A DNA stretch of 64,000 nt. It comes from a virus. How positions within the stretch are numbered: the first letter of the stretch is position 1; the number at the start of each line of letters is the position of its first letter. Of the stretch, positions 58,035-64,000 are shown in pieces. The stretch covers positions 32,001 to 96,000 of IMG/VR virus record IMGVR_UViG_3300031857_000055; one strand, written 5' to 3'. The position numbers and the translations under genes are program-made. The notes beneath the pieces were generated by a model, which did not search any database, was not told the origin of the DNA, and saw only the letters and a program-made list of their open reading frames with translations.

Positions 58035-58411
58035 GAGCGCACGAGTTTATTAATGAAGGCAAAAAGGGTTCAGTACCTAATAGACACAACGCTGCCCAGC
58101 CTGGTGCCTATAAGTTTTCGGATAATGGCACAGACAGAACCTATCACTTAAACCAAATTATGAAAGCAGTAGCTATGGCAGATGGATCATCTACTAAAGC
58201 ATTGAAGATGGATGATGAAAGCTTTGCAGGAAAAAATAACCTTGCATATCCATATAGTGATGTAGAACATACTATGATGCAGCAGGCATTCAACACAGTA
58301 TCTCCCACACAAGCTAAACATATGATTAAGGGTAGAGGCAGTGACGAGCTTGACTTCATAAACAAGACTAGTCCTGTAGCAAAACGTCCAAAAGATCACA
58401 GAAAAAAATAA
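58031..58411 (+). CDS. Putative internal head protein (paralog 3)
   Basis: MRAHEFINE. Shares 'DR.Y.LN..M.A.A..DG' and 'PY' with paralog 2. Confidence 0.55.
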   Translation: MRAHEFINEGKKGSVPNRHNAAQPGAYKFSDNGTDRTYHLNQIMKAVAMADGSSTKALKMDDESFAGKNNLAYPYSDVEHTMMQQAFNTVSPTQAKHMIKGRGSDELDFINKTSPVAKRPKDHRKK

Positions 58412-58441
58412 TTACGCTACTTTCACCTGATAAGTAATTTT

Positions 58442-59146
58442 ATGAACAACTTAATTGATATCAACCAAACACTCGACCTTATTAAGCTTAAGTTTTACAA
58501 CGAATGGCTTTACACCGCTCACATCTATGATGAGGGCGACAGTCAATTTCATAAGGAGCTGACTACTCAAGTAGTAAAAACTTATGTTGACCCACTTGAA
58601 CTACCTAAGGATGCACACATTCTTGACTTAGGATGTGGCCCTGGATATTTCTTAGACGAAATGAAAGAACGTGAATACACTAATGTTCACGGTGTCACTT
58701 TGAGTCCTGGCGATATCGCTATCTGTGAAAGCAAGGGACATGCTATTAAGAAGTATGATTTGAGCTTCTTGCCACAGAAGGATGGTTACTATGATGAGTC
58801 AGTAGATTTCATCTTCTTGCGCCATGCATTAGAGCATAGCCCATATCCTATCTTCTCATTGATGGAATACAATCGTGTATTGAAGCAGGGTTCAAAGATT
58901 TACATTGAAGTTCCTGCTCCTGACTGCGATAGAAAGCACGAGTTTAACTTGAATCACTATAGTATTATGGGAGCAAATCAATTGGCTGCATTACTACAGC
59001 GTACTGGATTTGATATTGATAACTTCAATAATCTTGAGTTTGATTTGAACGTTCCTAATCCTGAAGATCCAGAAAAAAGCAAAAAGATGAAAGAAACTTA
59101 CTACTGTATTGTCGCTACTAAAGCAAGACCCTTAGATATCAAATAA
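58442..59146 (+). CDS. Class I SAM-dependent methyltransferase
   Basis: 'ILDLGCGPG', 'HALEHS' and 'RVLKQGSKIYIEVP'. Confidence 0.85.
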   Translation: MNNLIDINQTLDLIKLKFYNEWLYTAHIYDEGDSQFHKELTTQVVKTYVDPLELPKDAHILDLGCGPGYFLDEMKEREYTNVHGVTLSPGDIAICESKGHAIKKYDLSFLPQKDGYYDESVDFIFLRHALEHSPYPIFSLMEYNRVLKQGSKIYIEVPAPDCDRKHEFNLNHYSIMGANQLAALLQRTGFDIDNFNNLEFDLNVPNPEDPEKSKKMKETYYCIVATKARPLDIK

Positions 59147-59152
59147 GTAAGA

Positions 59153-59187
59153 TAAATACTCTCATAGAAATGTGAGAGTATTTTTTT
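59153..59187 (+). terminator. Terminator-like hairpin overlapping a TAAATA late-promoter motif
   Basis: AAATACTCTCATA-GAAA-TGTGAGAGTATTT followed by TTTT and ATG 59188. Confidence 0.7.
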
Positions 59188-61047
59188 ATGGCTGAGCCTG
59201 ATCCAAGTAATGTTGCTCCGTGGTATCTACGGAATATCAACCAAGCGTTAGAACTTAATGAAGCTACTGGACAGGTATTTGTTCGTACCGGTTTTGAAGG
59301 TAACATTATCATTAGTGGTAATGTTACTATTCCAGGCAATGTTGATGCACACGTTTCGCAAATTGGAACAAGCGGGGAACTAACAGTTCCTTGGATGCCT
59401 GTCAGTATTGATGGCAATAGTAATGTTACTATATCAGGTGGCAATGTCAATGCTGCGGTTACCGGTACAGTAGCAGTTAGCGGCATTACAGGTAACATTG
59501 CGGGTATCACCGGCAATGTCACTGTAGTAGATGGTGGCGGAAGTATTACTGTAGATGGTAATGTAGGTGTTACAGGAAATGTTAATATTGGCACAATGCC
59601 AAATGTTAATGCTACTATTACAGGAGGTAATGTCTCTGTATCAGGTAATGTTGGCGTTACGAGTTTAGGAAATGTCGTACTCACAGGAAACACACTTCCA
59701 GTAAGCGGTAATGTGAATGCCAATGTCAGTGGTAGCAATGTCATTGTGTCAGGTAATGTTGGTGTTTCAAGTTTAGGAAATATAAGTCTTGCAGGAAACG
59801 CATTACCTGTTACGGGTAATCTTACTGCGACTATTGATAATAATGCCAGCGTAATTATTTCTGGATTCAGCGGCGCAACAAGCGATGCATTTGGTAGACT
59901 GCGTGTAAGCGAACCATTCACATTATTTGATACTAATTCACGATACTATGATCACCAGCAATTCAGTAGTGCTATCAATGGTACTGGAAATGTGACATAT
60001 GTTGAAGCAGAAAGTTCTTTCCGTCTCAGCGTAGGTTCATCTGTCGGAGACTCTGTGATAAGAGAAACTATGAAAGTATTCCCTTATCAGCCAGGCAAGA
60101 GCCAACTTTCATTGCTTACATTCTGTATGAACACTCCAAAGACAAATCTACGCCAGCGTGTAGGATTGTTTGGTGCTAATGACGGCGTATTCTTTGAGAA
60201 TGATGGTACATATAACTATATGGTTATTCGCTCAGGCTCTACTGGTGTAGAAGAACGAGTAAGACAAGATGCTTGGAATGGCGACAGACTAACTGGATTG
60301 GGCGGCGCGTCTAACCCATCAGGAATCACGCTATATCCAGATCGTACACAGATTTATTATGCCGATGTTGAGTGGTTAGGTGTAGGTAGCGTTCGTGTAG
60401 GCTTTATCATCAACGGTGTTTATATATTATGTCACACATTTAATCACGCTAACCAACCTGGTAATACGAAAGTCTATATGACTACTGCTACATTGCCTAT
60501 ACGCTATGAAATCACTAATGCAGGTGCTACTACCGGTAACAGTGTAATGACACAGATTTGTAGTACAGTTATCAGTGAAGGTGGATATAATAGTTTTGGA
60601 ACTACACAGACCGCAGGTACCGGAACTACACAAAAAAGATTGACCAATGCCAATACTTATTATCCTGTTGTCAGTATTAGATTAGCGCCAAGTAGATTAG
60701 ACAGTATAGTATTACCTAGACAGATTGATGTGTTAAGCCCTAGTGTAAACTATTATCGCTGGGTATTATTACAAAATGCAACTCTAACCGGTGCCACGTG
60801 GACAGGCACAAGTCCAACTGGTACGGTTCAATATGATTTAGGTGCTACTGCTATTAGCGGCGGTATAGAAATACAAAGTGGTTATGCAGCAAGTAGAGAA
60901 CTTACACAACTTAGTTCGGTAGATTTCTTCCAGTACCAACTAGGAAGAACATTAGCAGGTGTTAGTGATGTTGTCACCTTAGCAATTGCTGCAACAGCAA
61001 ACAACGCCGATGTATTAGCTGAAATAGGTTGGCAAGAATTAACCTAA
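59188..61047 (+). CDS. Virion structural protein with G-N-V repeat shaft and C-terminal globular domain
   Basis: Many (S/T)GNV repeats, then a 'DAFGRLRVSEPFTLFD...YQPGKS...EWLGVG.VR.GF' domain. Confidence 0.65.
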   Translation: MAEPDPSNVAPWYLRNINQALELNEATGQVFVRTGFEGNIIISGNVTIPGNVDAHVSQIGTSGELTVPWMPVSIDGNSNVTISGGNVNAAVTGTVAVSGITGNIAGITGNVTVVDGGGSITVDGNVGVTGNVNIGTMPNVNATITGGNVSVSGNVGVTSLGNVVLTGNTLPVSGNVNANVSGSNVIVSGNVGVSSLGNISLAGNALPVTGNLTATIDNNASVIISGFSGATSDAFGRLRVSEPFTLFDTNSRYYDHQQFSSAINGTGNVTYVEAESSFRLSVGSSVGDSVIRETMKVFPYQPGKSQLSLLTFCMNTPKTNLRQRVGLFGANDGVFFENDGTYNYMVIRSGSTGVEERVRQDAWNGDRLTGLGGASNPSGITLYPDRTQIYYADVEWLGVGSVRVGFIINGVYILCHTFNHANQPGNTKVYMTTATLPIRYEITNAGATTGNSVMTQICSTVISEGGYNSFGTTQTAGTGTTQKRLTNANTYYPVVSIRLAPSRLDSIVLPRQIDVLSPSVNYYRWVLLQNATLTGATWTGTSPTGTVQYDLGATAISGGIEIQSGYAASRELTQLSSVDFFQYQLGRTLAGVSDVVTLAIAATANNADVLAEIGWQELT

Positions 61048-61072
61048 CACTTCTAAACTACTAAATATTCAT

Positions 61073-62620
61073 ATGGCAAATACACCAACCTTAATCAAGG
61101 ATCCCTACAAGAAAACTGTATTCAAGAACCAAAAGGAACTTGATGAGTTTATGAAATGCTGTGACCCTGAGACAGGTTATCTATACTTCATGGATAACTT
61201 CTTTATGATTCAGCATCCTACTAAAGGGTCAATGAATTATCACCCTTGGGAATATCAAGAAAGACTGATTGATACATACCATCGCTATCGTTTCTCTATC
61301 TCACTCATGCCAAGACAGTCAGGTAAGTCTACTTCTGCTGCTGGGTATTTGCTTTGGTACGCTATGTTTGTACCTGATTCTACTATTCTAATCGCAGCAC
61401 ACAAGTATACCGGCGCACAAGAAATTATGCAGCGTATACGATATGCGTATGAAAACTGCCCAGACCACATCAAGGCTGGCGTAACTACATACAACAAAGG
61501 TTCGCTTGATTTTGAGAACGGTTCTCGTATCGTTTCTGCTACTACGACTGAAAACACAGGTCGTGGTATGTCTATCACGCTATTATATCTTGACGAATTT
61601 GCCTTCGTTCGTCCCTCAATCGCACAAGAATTTTGGACTGCTATTACTCCTACTCTATCAACTGGTGGTAAGGCAATCATTACATCAACACCAAACTCAG
61701 ATGAAGACCAATTTGCTCTTATTTGGAAGGGTGCAAACAAGACTGAGGATGAGTTCGGCAACACAACTGAGTTAGGCATCAACGGCTTTAGAGCATACAG
61801 AGCATACTGGCACGAACAGCCCGGCAGAGATGAGAAATGGGCTGCTGAGATGAAGGCTCAGCTAGGCGAAGATCGTTTCAATCGTGAAATCGGTTGCGAA
61901 TTCATTATCGCAGACGAAACACTTATCAATCCAAACACATTGATTATGCTTGAAGGCATTGAACCTATTAATAGATTAGGTCAAGTCAGATGGTACAAGC
62001 AACCCGAAAAGGGTAGACTATACGTAGTTGCTCTTGACCCTTCATTGGGTACAGGTGGTGACCCCGCTGCTATTCAAGTATTTGAAGCAAGCACTACTAC
62101 ACAGATAGGTGAGTGGAAACACAATAAGACTGACATTCCTAGTCAGATTAAACTACTTGCTGAGATTTGTAAGTATATCTCAGAAATAACAAAAGAGCCA
62201 AACAGTATCTACTACAGTATCGAAAACAATGGCGTAGGTGAAGCCGCTGTTGTTTCGCTCAATGAGTATGGTGAGTCAAATATTCCAGGCATCTTCATAT
62301 CTGAGAAGGGCAAAGGGCGTAGAGGATTCAACACTTCTAACAAGCCTAAATTAGCTGCTTGTGCTAAGTTCAAAACACTTCTGGAATCAAAGAAGATGAC
62401 CATACATAGTCGCTCTCTCATTAGTGAGTTAAAGGCGTTTGTAGCCAGCGGCGGAAGCTATGCGGCTAAGATAGGGGACACTGATGACTTAGTAATGTCA
62501 TCATTGCTTGCCGTTCGTATGATGACGCAGTTGGCAGACTATCACGGCGACTTAGAGAGCCAAATCAGAGACCACGATGAAATAATTCAACCACTGCCAT
62601 TCTTTGCCGTCTTAGGCTAA
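61073..62620 (+). CDS. terL: Terminase large subunit (T4 gp17-like)
   Basis: 'YQ' adenine motif, 'PRQSGKST' Walker A, 'LYLDEFAFV' Walker B, 'ITSTPN', nuclease 'LDPS' and 'DDLVMS'. Confidence 0.95.
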   Translation: MANTPTLIKDPYKKTVFKNQKELDEFMKCCDPETGYLYFMDNFFMIQHPTKGSMNYHPWEYQERLIDTYHRYRFSISLMPRQSGKSTSAAGYLLWYAMFVPDSTILIAAHKYTGAQEIMQRIRYAYENCPDHIKAGVTTYNKGSLDFENGSRIVSATTTENTGRGMSITLLYLDEFAFVRPSIAQEFWTAITPTLSTGGKAIITSTPNSDEDQFALIWKGANKTEDEFGNTTELGINGFRAYRAYWHEQPGRDEKWAAEMKAQLGEDRFNREIGCEFIIADETLINPNTLIMLEGIEPINRLGQVRWYKQPEKGRLYVVALDPSLGTGGDPAAIQVFEASTTTQIGEWKHNKTDIPSQIKLLAEICKYISEITKEPNSIYYSIENNGVGEAAVVSLNEYGESNIPGIFISEKGKGRRGFNTSNKPKLAACAKFKTLLESKKMTIHSRSLISELKAFVASGGSYAAKIGDTDDLVMSSLLAVRMMTQLADYHGDLESQIRDHDEIIQPLPFFAVLG

Positions 62621-62638
62621 TTTGGCATAAATATACAT

Positions 62639-64000
62639 ATGGCCACTGACAACGAATCATTCAACCGCGACTTATATGACCTTCTTAAAGTTAGAGGGTA
62701 TCAGCCTGTTCCACTAGACAGTAAGAATCAACGTGTTCCTGCAAGCCAGGCTGCGGACGTTATTCAGTTTACCTTTACTAAAGACGGTGAAGAATACGGT
62801 AAGGCTTGGGTGAGTATTGATGATGCTGCAAATATTATCGTCTATTACGATGAAGAACAGCAAGAAAGTCCAAGCAATGCTACACCTGGTGTAGAATACA
62901 ATGATACTTGGACTGGGTTCTTAAAGCATTTAAAGAATTGGGCACAACGTAGACAATTAAGTTTTGAATTGTCAAACAAAGATCGCCTTGGCGACGATAT
63001 GAGACAACGGGATTATTACAAGATGAAAGAACGAGTATCAGAAGGTTACTACCCAATGGGTAAGAAAGCGTCATATAATGATGCAGTTCCTAATGTAAAG
63101 ATTGTTTTACAACACAACCGCGCACTTGAAGAAGGTGAACAGCGTTATCGTAACGTTGCTAAAATCTATCTTGAAAACGTTGATGGCGAAAGATTCCTTG
63201 CTCCAACTACCCGTCCTGGTATCGCTCGTGTATATGCTCGTCACATCGCAGAAGGTGGCGTACCCAATGATGACAGATGGAATCACATTAAATCAATCTG
63301 TGAAGATTATAATAAGATGGCTGGTTTCGTTCGTGCTACACGCAACGGACAGTTCAACGAATCAGCAACTCAGATGGTTCAAGAAGGTGTAAACCACTAT
63401 AACAATCTTCGTGAAACATTACACAAACTGACAGGTCATCGTGGATATCAAGCTTACTTTGAATCTTGGACTCCTTCACTTATGGAAGACGAGGGCGATG
63501 ACAGCATTAACGAATTGTTCGTACAAGAAACCATGGATCCTCGCATTGAATCAGCAATGCCAATCCTATCAAGACTTAAAAAGCCAGTAACTGAAATGGA
63601 AGAAATTGATACTCTAGCAGAATGGGCAGACAGCGTTATCAATGAGAAGCTGGAGCTTGACGAGGGCGATGTTGTCCCGTTCAAGAAGAAGCAAGATGAT
63701 GATTTAGATGACGATGATGACGATAGCTGGATGCCATCAGAAGAAGACTTTGAGCAGGAAGAAAAACACCGCAATCGCAAACGCACCCCTGCAAATGATG
63801 TGAACGAAATGGATAAGAGTCCAGAAGCTAACCCATATAGTGGTCAAGGGCATCGCAAGGGTGATGACAATGCAAGTAGAGGTCCGGACAAGACTGCCAA
63901 GATGCTTGCTGCTAAAAAGGCTATGAAGGCTGCTAGAAAGACTCTTGACAAAGCATTCAAGGGCGATGTTGAAGAAAACTTTATCGGAATGGCACCTCAA
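62639..64000 (+). CDS. Hypothetical (possibly head-associated) protein, 3'-truncated; not in ORF track
   Basis: ATG 62639 after TAAATA-N5. Frame open to window end (MATDNESFNRDLYDLLKVRGY...). Acidic tract and several (I/L/V)xE sites. Confidence 0.8.
   Translation, partial: MATDNESFNRDLYDLLKVRGYQPVPLDSKNQRVPASQAADVIQFTFTKDGEEYGKAWVSIDDAANIIVYYDEEQQESPSNATPGVEYNDTWTGFLKHLKNWAQRRQLSFELSNKDRLGDDMRQRDYYKMKERVSEGYYPMGKKASYNDAVPNVKIVLQHNRALEEGEQRYRNVAKIYLENVDGERFLAPTTRPGIARVYARHIAEGGVPNDDRWNHIKSICEDYNKMAGFVRATRNGQFNESATQMVQEGVNHYNNLRETLHKLTGHRGYQAYFESWTPSLMEDEGDDSINELFVQETMDPRIESAMPILSRLKKPVTEMEEIDTLAEWADSVINEKLELDEGDVVPFKKKQDDDLDDDDDDSWMPSEEDFEQEEKHRNRKRTPANDVNEMDKSPEANPYSGQGHRKGDDNASRGPDKTAKMLAAKKAMKAARKTLDKAFKGDVEENFIGMAPQ

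Noticed and set aside
59139-59921. 260-aa minus-strand ORF
   Set aside because: Antisense of the GNV repeat region, giving a T/L/P low-complexity translation.
1-64000. Stop-codon reassignment, introns or inteins
   Set aside because: Genes tile densely under the standard code. Terminase, thyA and the other recognisable enzymes are uninterrupted, and none shows an insertion.
63102-64000. Track ORFs 63102..63392 (+), 63454..63786 (-) and 63737..64000 (-)
   Set aside because: They lie within or opposite the real open frame starting at 62639, which runs off the window.

Overview
64 kb of a large T4-like (myovirus-type) tailed phage genome, with every credible gene on the + strand. The host is most likely an alphaproteobacterium: the phage carries a circularly permuted two-piece tmRNA with both alphaproteobacterial signatures. 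Layout: (1) baseplate and tail-fibre genes (1-8.2 kb). (2) A ~35 kb tightly coupled biosynthetic island (8.2-43.9 kb) with GT-A glycosyltransferase-like genes, 7 radical SAM enzymes (4 N-terminal-twitch, 1 C-terminal SPASM-like, 2 cobalamin-dependent), 5 paralogous 'TEK' GT-B-like domains, 4 SGNH-like proteins, GME-like epimerase, UDP-sugar dehydrogenase, DegT aminotransferase, PRMT-like methyltransferase, amidinotransferase, 2OG-Fe(II)-like oxygenase fusion, carbamoyltransferase and a 1996-aa repeat protein. (3) A sigma70-promoter island with small genes, a Bfd-like ferredoxin, the tmRNA, a multidomain 'polyvalent' protein and a MoxR AAA+/vWA pair (43.9-50.3 kb). (4) DHFR/thyA, a second sugar epimerase/aminotransferase pair, spanins, putative internal head proteins, a structural protein, the large terminase and a truncated ORF. 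Several real small ORFs are missing from the supplied track. A recurring TAAATA/TAAGTA motif sits about 5 nt upstream of start codons, often inside hairpins that bury the ATG. All calls come from motifs read by eye; no searches were run.
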